DNA of 64,000 nt. Origin: Styela clava. Taxonomy: Eukaryota. The position numbers were made by a program, and so were the translations under genes. How positions within the stretch are numbered: the stretch's first letter is position 1; every line of letters begins with the position of its first letter. Shown here piece after piece: positions 1-15,669 of this stretch. The notes under the pieces were generated by a model. It saw only the letters and a program-made list of their open reading frames with translations, was not told the origin of the DNA and did not search any database. Where the stretch lies: assembly GCF_964204865.1 (NCBI RefSeq), contig NC_135250.1:7564001-7628000 (forward strand). Direction: 5' to 3'.

Positions 1-2
1 CT

Positions 3-1556
3 GATCAGGAAACAAAGGAGTCCAGGCGATTAAGTGCACCACCGTCTGTAACTCTCGCCGTTAACTTGGACAAAGAAATTTATTCCAACAACATTAGTGA
101 TCATGATTTAACAGCAACTAGTTTCATGAGCGACAAAGTGTACTTGAATGGAAATGATTTATCCCAACCTTCTCTTAATTCTGTGGCAAGTGAACCATTG
201 GAATCGTATCCAGATTGTCCGTTTCAAACGTCACAGCCTGAAGTTCCACCTAAAGTTCCAGAGCCATATGTTTTACCTGATAATATTTTACTTGTACGGT
301 TGAAGCCTGATAATCACGGAAGATTTGGTTTTAATATAAAGGGTGGAAGTGATCAGAACATGCCTATCACAGTGTCAAAAATTGCTCCTAATTCTCCTGC
401 GGACATCTGTGATCCACGTCTCAACATCGGAGATGAAATTTTACAAATAAATGGCAGAGACGCAAATACACTCACTCATGATCAGGTCGTTAATTTTATA
501 CGTGCTACTAGAGAACAATTTGCTGGAGAGTTGGTGCTATTAACTAGACCTTTTGTTGTTACTACCTACGAAGATGAGGACGATGAAATGGAGGTTCCAA
601 AAATTGAAAACGGGCCTTTACTCGCAGAAGACGAAATTAGTGTAAATAGTCTTGAATACTCTATGTCGGTGCTCAATAATCAATTGGAAAACGGCCGTGA
701 CATGGCTGCTTTCGACAGATTATATCGGAAAAAGCCGGGTCTGTTGATGAAAGATGCAAAACTACCCCACAATGTACCTAAGAATCGGTATAGAGACATT
801 TCACCTTATGATGATACTAGAGTGATACTTAGCAATTGGGAAACGGACTATATTAATGGCAATCATATATTAATGGAAATCCCAAACGCGGGTATTGCAA
901 ATCATTATATTGCTTGTCAAGGTCCCCTTCAAAACACTAGTGGTGATTTTTGGGCCATGGTTTGGGAACAGAAGGCAACATTAATTGTAATGGTAACTAC
1001 TACAATTGAAAGAGGCATGATTAAATGTTTTCAATACTGGCCTAATCCTGACTGTACTATACAGTTTGCAAACATTGCCGTAACATCAAAATCGGAAACA
1101 GCTTCATCTTGTTTCATTTTCCGAGAGTTCGAAATCGGGGCAATAAACTCTGACGGAGATATTGTTGATAAAAGGGATGTATCTCACATTCAATATGTTG
1201 CTTGGCCTGATCACGGTGTCCCCGATGATTCTAGCGACTTTCTTGAGTTCATTCTTTGTGTTAGGCAGAAACGAGTGGCCATGACCGTTCCAACGATAGT
1301 TCACTGTAGTGCGGGCATAGGAAGAACGGGGGTCATGATTGCTGTCGAAACAGCGATGTGTTTAATTGAGGCTAATCAGCCTGTATTTCCTTTACAAATC
1401 ACGCAAAATATGCGAGACCAGCGAGCTATGATGATTCAAACTGCTCTTCAGTTTAGGTTTGTGTGTGAGGCTATTTTACGTGTCTACAGAGAAGGAATTG
1501 CTCAGCCTATGGTTGGTGATACTGATAACGGCAATGAAGCAGAAGAATTGACGTAA
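3..1556 (+). CDS. PTPN4: Non-receptor tyrosine phosphatase PTPN3/PTPN4 family (3' part: PDZ + PTP domain), 5'-truncated by the window edge; no intron in the visible 1.55 kb
   Basis: Frame is open from position 3 (the ORF-track start at 66 is a TTG). PDZ RFGFNIKGG; PTP motifs KNRYRDISPYD, DYING, IACQGP, AWPDHGVP, VHCSAGIGRTG and MIQT..QF. KNRYRDISPYD resembles PTPN4; likely PTPN3/4 co-orthologue. Confidence 0.93.
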   Translation, partial: DQETKESRRLSAPPSVTLAVNLDKEIYSNNISDHDLTATSFMSDKVYLNGNDLSQPSLNSVASEPLESYPDCPFQTSQPEVPPKVPEPYVLPDNILLVRLKPDNHGRFGFNIKGGSDQNMPITVSKIAPNSPADICDPRLNIGDEILQINGRDANTLTHDQVVNFIRATREQFAGELVLLTRPFVVTTYEDEDDEMEVPKIENGPLLAEDEISVNSLEYSMSVLNNQLENGRDMAAFDRLYRKKPGLLMKDAKLPHNVPKNRYRDISPYDDTRVILSNWETDYINGNHILMEIPNAGIANHYIACQGPLQNTSGDFWAMVWEQKATLIVMVTTTIERGMIKCFQYWPNPDCTIQFANIAVTSKSETASSCFIFREFEIGAINSDGDIVDKRDVSHIQYVAWPDHGVPDDSSDFLEFILCVRQKRVAMTVPTIVHCSAGIGRTGVMIAVETAMCLIEANQPVFPLQITQNMRDQRAMMIQTALQFRFVCEAILRVYREGIAQPMVGDTDNGNEAEELT

Positions 1557-4500
1557 AACTTAATGTGGGAGTTACCACTGAGTCAAAAACTTAATAATCA
1601 TAATCATTCAGAAAATTCGCAATGCGTCACATTGTTTCTTATTAGGAAATTGTACTTTATCATTGACGGGTATGTTGTCGGTTCATGTTGTAAGCACTTA
1701 TATCACTTCTATTTAGTAAAAACTTTGTGTCTCTATTCTCATATTATGGTAAACGTAGCACTGTCAATCACAATCTGGTTTTTAAAGCAAAAATAGGTGT
1801 CAACTTAGGAGAAAAATATCATGGAGAAGTCTCGTTATATTTGTACATCTTTTTTGTGAATATTTCCCAAATCTAGAAATGGCCAAATTTAAAAAAACTT
1901 GTGGTGTTCAAAACTTACTGGTCCTTCCTAACTTCTAAAATTGAGCAAATCATAATGTATGCCAAATTTTGCTTTGTAAAACATGATATCGTGATTTGCT
2001 GCATAAAATAAAAAAGTGATTTTTTTTGAGAACCAAATTTGACGTTCTTCTCCATTTTTTTTTTGGTTTTACTGCTCCATGACATGGTGCAATTTTATTG
2101 TAAAACAATTTCGCTTGGTGAATTCAATCATCCAATTCCATTTTGTCAATATTTGTAATTCAATAAATCTCAATGTGTATTTATCATCAATTAACATGAT
2201 CAGCTCCTCTCTGGCCTATATTATCTCTCTAAAAAATTAATTTGGGGCCCTACACGCCCTGGTTAAAAGCTGTTAATTGATACCCAGTTCTCAATATTGG
2301 CCCTTTCAATTTTGGTGTTCCCGTTTTCACAAGCTTTCCTGTTAAAACTGTTTTTGGGAACACTGATATACTAGAAAATATGCTGGAGTTTATAAGCATA
2401 TTTGCGATTTGATCTCTTGAACTTTCATAGCAGTTTATATTAGATTCCGGAATTCTGGTCAAAGTGATATTAATATTGTACAATTAGAATCGAACCTGAT
2501 ATCATGTTTTTCAATGGGCATGTTACATATTATCCTGATGTATCGCATCGAGAATTAGCAACAGAATTTCGCTTGGAATTGATTCAATTGACCAAAATCA
2601 ATTTTGAGACTTCAGAAATTAAAAAACTTTTTTATTTTTCATTTGTTGTTTATGCATTGGATGAAAATTGATAGGCCTATCAAATTCATGTAATAATATT
2701 CACTGATGATTCAGCTAAAATATAAATTGATTCAGAATATTCGAAATCAAAACTCATACCGAGACTTAGTTCCATTCAAAAGAACTGAAACAAAAGCAAA
2801 TTCACGAACTTATTCTGACCAGAAGTTTTTTTCAAATAAATTTTTTTTTCTGTATTGTTCTTCCTTTGCCTCATTTTGTCTGTAATTGTAACACTGAATT
2901 AACGATTTTCGTATCCTAATATTCAATTGCACAAATTTCGCAATATTTTCAGATTGGAATTACCAGTATGATTGTAACATTTATATCTACCAAATCTAGT
3001 TCTGGAAGATGAAATAGGACGGCACCAATAATGAAACTAGTTTTTATTTCATTTATACAAATTTACATTTAATCATGACGATAATGGACAAACATATTAG
3101 TAGGCAAATATATTCCTAGCCATGAAAGTTCCTTATTGGTATGTCCCAGAGTTGAACTAGGCTTTTTGACAGTCTGCGCCTACAATGAAAAATACCCCTT
3201 TTTTCAATTGTTTTCAATTTTTTACAAATGTTGGACTTTTTTCTTTGTTATATTTCTAATAAAAACTTGTATTATCCATGGCAATCTTAATTAATATGAA
3301 TTAATTAATACCTTAATCATGTGTTGTATTAATATTATTTTTGTGTTGCGTTTTTTATTGTTGACATGAATAGTGAGCTATACATGCATGCAGTCAAATT
3401 TTACTTAGGGTAGAATTACTAGAAATTTTATCTTATTTTACAGATTATTGGCGCTACTATGTGTATATGTGTTTTTCGTATAATGTATGTACCATTCTTA
3501 TTTCAACCACATCCCTTGGTTACTGAAAATCTAATTTCTCTATGGAGACCCTTGGATTGAAATAGATTGCATTTCTGAAACTATAACTCTTGCTTGGATA
3601 TGAATTGTGTTTTGAATATTCTGAAGGATTTTCAATGAAATCTTTATCTATGCTGAATGTTATTATGTTAAATTTGGTACAGAATCACTAATTCTCTGCA
3701 TAGGCGATCCTAAATTTTTTGGTTATCGTTTAAATTTTATGGGTGGGATTCCATGTATTGGTTTCACTGTTCAATCTTCTATGCCAAGTTCGTCACAAAT
3801 ATTCCACCAATATTTATTAAGATCTGATGACTATTGTGCTCATTAGATGTACTATAAAAACTCTCTGCATATCCTATAACAGTAGATTGATTATAATGAC
3901 AGTAGGTTTTCTCATTGTAGGTCATTTTCGTCTGTATTGTTCAATTCAAAGAAAGTTCCAGCTTTTCTCATTTCTCATGGATATCAGGAATATCCAACCC
4001 AAATGGAATAATAAAAATTTTCGAAATTGATATACAAAGCTTATTCTTAATTTTATGGATTTCTTAAAATCCTCATCAGATGAATTGTCATTTTGGTTCA
4101 CCAATAATTATTACAGCAATATTTCATTTGTAGTCATCTTTGCTCGGATTGCATATACATTACCGGTATACATTTTTTTGATCTTTTAAAAATTGGATAT
4201 TTATTTTCATTTTGTTGCTTGTATATCCAAAAAATTATGGTTTATATAACTTGTTACATGCAGCGTGTATCAAAAATGGTGACCATCTTAATATAGTATA
4301 GAACCTAGTATTTATTACAATACAATGAATCAAAAGATTGGCTGATGCTTATGAGTATTATCTCTTTATGATAGCGTTACTCAATTTCCTGAATGTATTG
4401 CCAAGGCAAATTGAAGTATTTGAATGTTGCGTAATAAAATAACATATGAAAATGCTCATCTTAGGATGGTATTTAATCACTGATAAATTTTCAAGTTGTG

Positions 4501-6427
4501 CTATATGAAATATTAGTTGTAAGATTCCCTGGGAACAAAATTACTGTTTTTTCCAGTGTAAATTTGACAATACGCTACAAAATGATGATAAATTGTTCAA
4601 TTTTATATTGCATATTTGTTGAAACTGCTGCATATAGTGTGCACACAATATATATATTGAAATTTGGGTAGGATAAGAATGTAAAACTACAAATCAATTT
4701 ATGGTGTTCAAATTCAGTCCTCATTTTTTAGGTCATTTTGAGAAATATGAACTTGTATTCATGAACTTGCGAATCAAATATTCAATTATATCAAAAATTT
4801 ATTATATTTTAAGTGGTGAGCTCTAGGAATTATTTGGAATATTTTCACTTTGTTTACGGAAACCAGACCTCTTTTTTAGAAAGAAATGCAAGTCACATCA
4901 TAAATAAGTTTGATCGTTCGTTTACTACCTAGTGTGATATTAATATTAAATTCTGTTATGTTGTCTTTTGTGCAGTAAATGATTGTATAATTTATCATTC
5001 TTATAAATATATTTCTGTATTTTCTTTTAAAACGTCAATATTATTGTTTAATCATTTGTCTGATGTATATATCTATATATATATTTATCACATCCGTTGG
5101 TATTCATAATAAGGACACATTCATATGAGCAAAATCTTTTTTCAATCAACCTTTTGTTACAAGGCTTATTTTCAAGCCTTTTTTAATTAATTGTGGCATA
5201 CATTGATATTGTGCGTTAAGTATGTCGGGAAAATTCTGTGTATTTACAAATTCATTAGAGTTGTTACTTGTTAGTGTATTGGGAAACTGGTTTAGTGGTA
5301 TTGAAATGAAAACAACTCAAGTAGATATCCATTGCCAGACATAGCCCTTTTTTATAAAGCAGATTTTTTTTAATTCTGATTTGTCATTGGTTACTTGCAA
5401 CCTGCTTATTATATTATTAATTCAGTAACCAACAATTTTTTTATTTCTCAAAAATTGGAAGCCCTTCTGGTAAAGCTGGATTGTTTTGTCATTAGTAGGG
5501 TTGTCCATGTAATTTGGTTTAAACATCATTTTGTATCAATACCTTTTGGTAGAGAAGCTTAGGAATTTAGACAATATTACTTGCTGGTGTATCTGTTTTT
5601 CACAGTAAAATTTCGCATACATTATGATTTATAATACCCAGAATGTTGAGTCCAGAGTCCAGAAAAAGTCATTCATTGAGATATGGACATCTCTAGTTAT
5701 TGCCCCCTTTGAAAATTGATTATTTGTCTTCATTCACTTTCAAAACCATTTGTCTGAGCATTGAGATGCTTAACTATTATTGACATTTTTCCATTATAAT
5801 ATATTTATACCTATATGTAACAGATGCAGCAAATGAGATGCAAATACTCCCAATTTCCTGTATTGTAATATTTGTATTATCTTTGTACCGGTAATTAACA
5901 AGTAACCACGATTGGATTTAAAATTGCATTGAATACATACTCTGAAATATGAACGCTAATTCATGTTATTGATAGTGTTTTGGAATTTGAAAAGATTTGT
6001 TGAATATAGAAAGTTTTTTTAGAAAGAATATTTTCACCTGAACGTAAAATGAAATTGTATCTTCAAATTGTGCCCTCGTTACCGGTCATGACATCAGTAT
6101 CAGTAGCTCGTTCTTATTCAGTTTTGTTAAAATGCTGTTCATATTTTTTAGTTGTTTTTAATCATTATCATATTGATTCATTTATCGCACTGCTTTATCA
6201 AATGTTTGCCACAGATGAAAAAGATTGTAATTTTTTGTTTCATTGTTTATTATTTTATTTTCAAGAGTGTAGTTAAATGATGCTTATGTATTGGTCGCTT
6301 TGTTGTCATTTGACTTGCACACACACACACACACACTATAAAATACTCTTTTTTATGTGTTTGTTGAATATTTCAATGCAGGTGATTGTGTTTTTAGGTA
6401 AATTACTTAAATATTTTAAAATAGTAG

Positions 6428-8326
<1,899 letters not shown>

Positions 8327-10135
8327 CATAAGATAATTTTTTGCATGAAAATGACTGAGAATTAATGTTTTAAATTGTTGCAACTCTTATTAATTCAGCT
8401 TATTGATAACTAAACAAGCATAAGAGTATTTCAATTAGATAATTCACACCTTCACAAGGGCTTCTAGCAAGCAAGTTTTTTTACAGAAAGAGCTATGTTT
8501 TGCTTTGCTATGTCCTTCAAGATGTTTTTGGAAGGACCACAAATTTTTATGGTTCAGTATAGCCAACCCAGCTTGGATGAGCTGGTGGGCAGGGTATTTA
8601 AACCAGAGATCTCTCAATCATAGTTAGCCCTTATGTGCCTACCTTAGTGGTATTTGTACAAGGATTTCAAGCTTTTGGGTTATTGTGAGGCGCGAGAATG
8701 TGCTCCATTTAATACGGATTTCATGTGAAATTAAGAGCTCTTTTCTTACAATGCGCTACTTATTGCCATCAATAATACATTTATTTGTATTATTGATAAG
8801 TCATACAACTGGTTTTTGTTCTATTCCTTCATCGTGTGAACTGCCTGCCTGATATATGTTGTTACATTCTATTGCCCAAATGTCTTTGTGCTCTTGTGTT
8901 TATGAGATTTGTATATTTCCCATTGAATTAAGTTCTTGTACCACAGTATAATGACTCATGAGCATTATTACCACTGAAATTCGATAGAAATTTAAAACTG
9001 GTCCAAGTTCAGCTTTTCAGTATGATTTGATAATGTAGCATCAAAATTTTATGTCTTATTTGATCTGAACAGGCGTCAAATTTTTCTCACTAAAGTCATT
9101 TTTGGCATTGATTGAAAGTGTCGATTTCGTCTGCATTGCCTTTTGTCATTGATTCGCTTCAATTGCTGCACTACTTGACTTAACTTCACCAGTAAATTCG
9201 GTTGATACAAAGCAGGTAACACGCTGATAAAAAGATGGCACTGGGCTGGAAAGAAATGCCTGTAAATAGATTTGGTGATTTTATATATTTACTTGGCATT
9301 GATTGAGTTATTGAATATTGTTTGATAGATTGAGACCCATACTTCAACCCTGTCATATACACCATCATAAGCTGATTGGCAATCATCACGCGTCCGCGCT
9401 ATATTATTTGCAAATGGTTTTTCGAATTGAATTTGAGATACGGTTTTTATCTTGATCAAATTTCAACAATGGACCATATTAATGACATTTTAAAACAATT
9501 TAAACTTGAACACAGTTCTCTGTCTCATCGACAAACGCTAGGTCAACCTTTAGTTCAACAGCGATAATACTTTACATACTTGAATGATCTATCCCTCACT
9601 CAAGTAGACTTTATCAAGTTCCTTTTAAACCTAAAGCTTTGAATTTCTGGAAAATAATGTCTGAACCATTAGAAGACAGCAGAAGTCCTGATTGAATTTT
9701 TTAACTCTTAGTTTTAATTCATTTTATTTGTAAAATTTTACCACCCAACTAGTAAATATTTCCTAACTTTTCAATCTAAAGAGTAAATATTTTTGTATGC
9801 TCCAAAATCATTCAACTTTATGTTCATGGTCTTGCGTCATTATACTATGACTAATCTTATGTTATGACTATGAGTTACCTTCATAAGTATTAACTCATAA
9901 TTTGTTATTGTCTTATAAAACTATCAGATAATTGAACTACTCCACTTCACACTTATATTACTAAATTGTACGTGAATTTGAAATTGATTTGGATATAAAT
10001 CCATTATGTCTATGTATGTTGGATAATTATTTAGGTGATCATACATTTTCCCATAAATTTTATATATGTTAACATATATTGTGTGTTTTTTGTTTTTTAA
10101 TACAGATCAAAATTTATGTCAATACTAAATAATAA

Positions 10136-11539
10136 ATGAAGGAAAGACCTTCACGTTCACCAGGTGAAGAAAACATATCTGAAGACGGAAGTACTGAAAA
10201 CTATCTTAACTCAAAAATAGTGGAAATAAAGGAAATTGAATCTCAAAATGGCGATGGTATTGATGACATAATTGATTCTGGCAAAAGAGCATCAGCAATA
10301 CTTTTCCCGCAGGAACAAGAATACGCAGCAATTCTAAATATGAATTCAGCTGACATTGAAACAAATGGAAAAATTGTGTCAGGTAAAAGTAAAAGCCCTA
10401 AAATGAAACAACGCAAGTCACCCGTGAAACGTCTTCGAAAAAGAGTAGAGCACAGAAAACGTTTACTTGAAAGCGATGATTCCAGTTCATCTGAAGATGA
10501 TTCGATACCATTGAAAAAAGTGAATAAAAAAAACAAATTGGTTTCATCCAATGACAAGCTTAAGGGTAGCAACAGAAAAAAGGCTGCTTCCCGTCCTCCA
10601 AACAAAAGAAAGGCGGGAAACACATCAAAGGGAAAAAAACAGAATAACACGAAAGGTAGTAAGAATAATGAATCCGCTGAAAGTCATCAATGTGTTTTTT
10701 GTGACAAATATTTTACCACACTCCGAAGACTTAACAAACACATGCATATTCATAAAGACGGCCTAGAATATAAGTGTAAAAATTGCAAAGAAGTCTTTAC
10801 ATCTAACGAAGAACTTACTTCGCATTTATGTGCTCCTGAAGCATTTGAGTGTGATCTTTGTGATAAAGCATTCTCAAAGATTGACTTATTGAGAGCTCAT
10901 TCAAAAACACATGTGTCTGAAGCTTTGATAGAATGTACTGAATGTGATAAAGTGTTTCATGTGCAAAGTAGCTTAAATGCTCACATGAAAACACATGGTG
11001 ATATTAAACCTTTTAAATGTCACCTATGCAGCAAAGAATTTCGTTGCCAAAGAAATCTGTCAATGCATCTGCGAGTTCATACAAATGAAAAACCGTTTTC
11101 GTGTCCAACATGCGGCAAGAATTTTACACAACAGAGCAATTTGAATTCACATGCTCGTTCTCATACAGAAGAACGTCCATTTATATGTGGAACTTGCGGA
11201 AAATCTTTCTCGCTGAAGAAAACAATGATTGCACATACAAGAACACACACAAATGAAAAGCCTTTTAAGTGTAAAATATGTGGCAAAGCTTTTGCCCAGA
11301 GAGGTACTGTTAAAAATCACATGCGCATCCACACAAAAGAAATGCCATATGTATGTGTCTATTGCGGTAACAAATTTGCACATCAGCAAAGTTGGGGCTA
11401 TCATATGGCTCTTCATGATAAAAATGGTGACACAGTGGTACAATTTGACAATGGGGAAGAAACGAATATTGAAAATAAATCGGAAGGTGTTCTTGTAAAA
11501 TTGGACTTAATCGGCCAGGAAACAAATGGTTGTATATAG
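10136..11539 (+). CDS. C2H2 zinc-finger protein (about 9 fingers, basic/acidic low-complexity N-terminus), single-exon CDS, 467 aa
   Basis: Nine Cx2Cx12Hx3H/C units with HTNEKPF/HTEERPF linkers. In-frame TAA immediately before the ATG; splice acceptor ttttttaatacag ends at 10105. Confidence 0.9.
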   Translation: MKERPSRSPGEENISEDGSTENYLNSKIVEIKEIESQNGDGIDDIIDSGKRASAILFPQEQEYAAILNMNSADIETNGKIVSGKSKSPKMKQRKSPVKRLRKRVEHRKRLLESDDSSSSEDDSIPLKKVNKKNKLVSSNDKLKGSNRKKAASRPPNKRKAGNTSKGKKQNNTKGSKNNESAESHQCVFCDKYFTTLRRLNKHMHIHKDGLEYKCKNCKEVFTSNEELTSHLCAPEAFECDLCDKAFSKIDLLRAHSKTHVSEALIECTECDKVFHVQSSLNAHMKTHGDIKPFKCHLCSKEFRCQRNLSMHLRVHTNEKPFSCPTCGKNFTQQSNLNSHARSHTEERPFICGTCGKSFSLKKTMIAHTRTHTNEKPFKCKICGKAFAQRGTVKNHMRIHTKEMPYVCVYCGNKFAHQQSWGYHMALHDKNGDTVVQFDNGEETNIENKSEGVLVKLDLIGQETNGCI

Positions 11540-12718
11540 TCAATCCTGTTTATGGTACAGTAAAGATCTTTTATCGTTGAAGAAAGTTGATTCCTATGTA
11601 TGGTGCAATAAGGCATTTCTGTTATTGAATAAACTTGTATAGGAAGTGAAGCCTTCTTTACTTCTTGTCTCACTGTGTCAGAAATAGGGCTGGGCATTTC
11701 AAGTTTATTAATAAATTCTAATCGGTTCAAACGAAAATTTCAGATTGCCACCATCTTGTTTTTTATTGTTCATCAAAGGAAGCCATATTTTGAAAATACA
11801 ATTCTGACATATGAAACGCCATGCACAGTTACATGTATTCAAGATTTGATTCGATTCTGAAACCATCAGGTGTTCGAAAATGCTCAGCCCTAGTCAGGGA
11901 TTGTGTGGTTCATGGTATTTCACTCTCCACTGGCCATTTTTTTTGATTGTTTTTTTTGTATACATGACCTAACTGCCATCTTTTTTCTTATATTTTTTCA
12001 GTCGAATGAGTTTTATTGAATAGTACTTATTGTCCTAACAAAAGTTGCATGCTTAAATAACAATGGTTATCACTTGTAATTATTGAGAAGTACTAAATTT
12101 ATTTGCTCATTATTTGTGCCTTCACTTCAAGTTTAATATTGCTGCTACTGAAATATTGCGCAAGCATAAATGATTATTTCCAGTTTTGCACAGCCTCAAA
12201 TTTGAAAAATAATTTAATCAATAAATTCGAAATTGTTGACAACAAAATGAAGAATCCGCTTTTATTTCTGCCAAGTAAATCATTCACTCTGGCTGCTCGA
12301 ATCTTAGCGAATTATTTTTGTTATTAAATTCTGATTCTGAAGTTTGTTATGAAATCTTCTGTTGAAATATCCGTGGATTTTTTTTTTTCATCACTTTATT
12401 GTAACAGTGGATATATTCGGACTCAGTGTATTATTTTTACTTTTTTGTTAATACTGTACTTTGAAAAGCAAGTTTGACCACAGTCATTCGAGAATATGGA
12501 ATTTTCGTGAAATTGGCCAGACATTACGGTACCCTGTTTGAGGTAGAGTGCGATCAACGCGCAGGTCTCCGGAAAATACTGTGTACCGGTGTAGTATCCC
12601 TCAATTCTAGAAAATATGTCAGGCGCTGATGACGCCTCTGTGCCACCTATGAATGTACAGTCGACCAGTGCTAGTGTTGGAGACGTCAAAATTTCAACTT
12701 GTATTTTAGGCTACACGG

Positions 12719-14274
12719 CAGGGGTCGGCAACCTTCTGTAGCTCGCGGCCAAAATTAAAGCCTGCAAGTCATTGGTGGGCCGCACATAGTTTTAGAAAGT
12801 TAAAAATCGAATGGATGACCGATGAATCACATTTTATAACACAGATCAGAAGTTAAATTTTAAGCAGCGTACGAAGACTGACCATTTGAATATTTTTTGC
12901 GCCATTAAACCATTTGCACCTATCATCAACTCTCCTGCGTTTTGTTGCCATTTTTCTAAAATTATAGGCTCAATAAACGAGTAATTGTGAATTAAATACT
13001 TGTTACGTTATAATATAATTTAGTCTACACGTAAATTCTTTTGCGTAAAGCAAGGCTGCCCAACCCGAGGGCCGCATGTGGCCCGTCGGACTGTTTTTTG
13101 CGGCCCGCCCTATGAGTTTCTAAGCAGACTTTTTAAGTTTTTCCCATATTACATTTCAATATATAGGCTCAAGTATGTTTCGTGATTTTGGTGTGATTAT
13201 TCCTGCCATCTATCTACATTAAAATGCCGGAACTTATTATTACGTTTGTGTCAAGTCTTGCACCCTGGGGGACATCGACGTCAGTTTTTTTTTTATTTCT
13301 CGCAGAACTGAGAGTTTTGTTCGACGAACTCGAAAGATATTATGCGATTATGAAGGACAAACGCTGAGCGCAATTATAGGAATGAATTTGGAGCCTAAAT
13401 TTGCAAATTAATTTCATTCTGATTGTTTTCTTATGTGTGTTCTTTGATCGTTTTTATTGCCAACGTAAAATAAAAAGTCAACGATATCTTTGGTACTGGT
13501 CCTGGGACTTGTTGTCCTTTTATGTTAGTATTTTTTATCTAATGTTTGGGTTAAATAAGATTTCGGAAATGTCGTCACTGCGTATCCGTCAATAATTTTG
13601 ATGAAATTATTGCATTGCTGCATATTGGTCACAAATCAGTATATATCGGCTATTCGTCCAGGAATCTTTGTAATGTTACTTCATTGAATACTGGTGTTTC
13701 AAATTTTACGAAACGGCCCACATAACTTGATATTCCCGCGACATTGGCGCACATTATGCTCATTTAAACATTGAGGCAGTACCATAGCTACTGAAAATAA
13801 ATGAATGGAAACACTATAACGCAAATATACCCCTCAATCTCGACGTGATGTGTATGTTCTCGCGTGGCCGTCAGAAAACGCAAGTGTCATGTCCACGCCA
13901 CGTGTTACCAGATATTTGATAGTTAACTGCTATTCTACTATTCGACTTGATATTCGAATAATTTGCCAGCCCTACTCAGTAACCCGAAAGCAATTAATAA
14001 ATTGATTGATTTTATCATAATAAACTTGCCTTTCATGTATTATGTAAATTACCTACACCGAAATCAGGACTTAGCTGGTATCAATGTTTGGTACAAACGT
14101 TTGCGGCCCGCAACGAATTTCTTCACATGAAAGTGGCCCGCGAGACGAAAAAGATTGGGCAGGCCTGGCGTAAAGAATATAATCGACAAAACAGCTATAA
14201 TTTGTCACTATAATTCAGTAAAGCGTCGCGGGCCGGATTATATCGCTACGCGGGCCGTAGGTTGCCGACCCCTG
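12719..14274. mobile_element. Non-autonomous hAT (Charlie-like) element, outer member of a nested pair
   Basis: TIRs CAGGGGTCGGCAACC / GGTTGCCGACCCCTG; GCGGGCCG-type subterminal motifs; degenerate 8-bp flanks CTACACGG / CTCTACGG. Confidence 0.85.
13051..14167. mobile_element. Non-autonomous hAT element inserted inside the previous one
   Basis: TIRs CAAGGCTGCCCAA / TTGGGCAGGCCTG; perfect 8-bp TSD GCGTAAAG at 13043-13050 and 14168-14175; multiple GGCCCG subterminal motifs. Confidence 0.9.
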
Positions 14275-14654
14275 CTCTACGGTAAGCCCTAGAATTATGT
14301 ACAACATCGCATGACTTATTTTAACGTAGGTTAGAATCCCGGGGATAATTACGCGCAAGTACATTTTTACGCCATTGCTGTCGTATAATCGTTGGTAGTT
14401 CCTTTGTAACCCTCGAGTCAGTTCCCAGAATTTATCTTGATGTATCGTTTGGTTGGCGAAATAGACTTCTCACAAGCAGTTTAAACTTTTTGAAAAGAGC
14501 ATGGGGATGAAAATGCTCTTCATGGCTACGGTTTCGACCACTATTCAATTCAATCCCCTCGGAACAATGAATTGGTAGGTCTACTGTTCCCATATTCGAC
14601 TTGAGAACGAAGGAGGAGCCGTGGTTCGCCATCGGATAAATATGGGAAATTCTG

Positions 14655-14739
14655 GGTACTCCTGAAGTATGCGCACCAAGATGTCGCATAACCTGGTACA
14701 CAACCTGAGTTCGGGTTGTGCGCATACTTCAATAGGTCC
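14655..14739. mobile_element. 85-bp MITE with GG...CC ends (Merlin-like family, shortest copy)
   Basis: Inverted arms GAAGTATGCGCAC / GTGCGCATACTTC; perfect 8-bp TSD AAATTCTG (14647-14654, 14740-14747); shares AACCTGGTACAC with the copies at 42734, 54222 and 63757. Confidence 0.8.
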
Positions 14740-14955
14740 AAATTCTGTCCTATTTGTTGCACGGGGTATTTGATATAGCTATATGTGTTCATCACCAGAG
14801 ATAAGATAAATAGGGGACACAGAAGGGAGGTAGCATGTATCAATTAAATGATTAGGAATTATTATTAACTGTTAACCCACTTCTGGGCCAAACTCGAATG
14901 GTAAGGTCGCTTTTACTGACGCTGACCAATTCGATTGCCAAAATGAATGACTTAA

Positions 14956-15630
14956 CCCTTTCCGTGCGGTGGGCACGTATACGTACCCACGACAAAACTC
15001 GCTAGTTTGCGGCGGGTACGTTGATGTACTCCACTGTTTTATTTAGCAATCGGTCGCAAACTGTGGGTCTAGTTTTTCTGGGTTTTAGTTTATTGATAAG
15101 AAGTCTTCTTCGAGATTAACATAAGCGACGGTAAATCTCGCTTTCGTTTACCATGGGAATTTTATTTGCGGCGGAACGAGGGAGTGTTTTTGAAATTTAT
15201 GCAAATTTCGGTGTTTTTTGGGTGGTAATAGAAGACATATTATCCCTTCCATCTACCAAAGTATTTTGAGTTAGACAACGAAATTGCTACAGCAATATTA
15301 TGCTATTGTTTGCCAACCAAGAAGCGGTAACAGTAAAGGATTTAGCGAATATTTCTATTTTTTATCACGGTTTGAAGTTTCAACACCCAAGAAAAAAAAA
15401 TGCCTTTTTTCTTTCCGGTTTGTGACTCAGACCACCCCTTTTGAAAAAAAAAACAATTTTCAATCGCCAATTGCAAGCTCTTTAAATAAGCTTTCCAACG
15501 AGCCGTCAGTGGGCAGCAGAGGATCATTACTTTTTCGTTAGTCGATCGATTAGTTGTGGGGGTACAAATGCATAAAGTCGGCGTAGCAAATACGATTATT
15601 TAATAAAAAATAAAAATCGCATGGAAAGGG
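14956..15630. mobile_element. piggyBac-like MITE (~675 bp)
   Basis: TTAA|CCCTTTCCGTGCG ... CGCATGGAAAGGG|ATAA: 13-bp TIR with CCC/GGG ends and a TTAA-type target site (right copy has one mismatch). Confidence 0.8.
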
Positions 15631-15669
15631 ATAACTGAGGCAAGGGTGAAGTGTACAAAATGTCTGTAT

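Noticed and set aside
14432-14843. Two overlapping 97-aa minus-strand ORFs, one with a signal-peptide-like start
   Set aside because: The hydrophobic one starts at TTG. Both run through the 85-bp MITE at 14655-14739, and there is no recognisable motif or splice support.
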